Shown here in pieces: positions 63,926 to 64,000 of a DNA stretch of 64,000 nucleotides (positions are counted from its first letter, which is position 1; each line of letters begins with the position of its first letter). Source of the DNA: Eledone cirrhosa (Eukaryota); assembly GCA_964016885.1 (NCBI GenBank), contig OZ024745.1, positions 9,114,001-9,178,000 on the forward strand. Reading direction: 5' to 3'. The position numbers and the translations under genes are program-made. Under the pieces are notes generated by a model. The model had not been told where the DNA came from. It was given only the letters and a program-made list of their open reading frames with translations, and searched no databases.

Positions 63926-64000
63926 TAAGATGAGATGCAGTTTGACTTTGTGCCAGAAAGGGGCATAACCAATGCCATCTGCAAGCATACTTAACTAGGA

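Overview
AT-rich, microsatellite-dense animal genomic DNA; the repeat landscape suggests a cephalopod such as Octopus (inference). The right half (33.5-62.8 kb) holds 16 phase-consistent GT-AG coding exons of a CEP120 orthologue on the minus strand. These cover the end of C2B, C2C, the coiled coil and the stop codon; the 5' exons lie beyond the window. CEP120 introns carry a decayed near-full-length RTE LINE, SINEs, MITEs and a 7.6-kb 38-bp minisatellite whose unit resembles the reverse complement of the adjacent acceptor/exon junction. The left half (1-29 kb) shows no recognisable host gene. It is a nest of Penelope-like elements (RT + GIY-YIG), Helitrons (one with a PIF1 fragment), RTE fragments, SINEs and a hAT MITE set in (TA)n/(CA)n tracts. 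The most striking signal is a dense field of type I hammerhead ribozyme motifs in the first 24 kb: 7 intact-core and about 5 degenerate copies read by eye. They sit in short, sequence-diverse Penelope-type terminal modules that end in (TA)n. Several occur as inverted pairs, or as near-perfect palindromes whose axis lies just 5' of the ribozyme GAAA core. All calls were made by eye without database searches.
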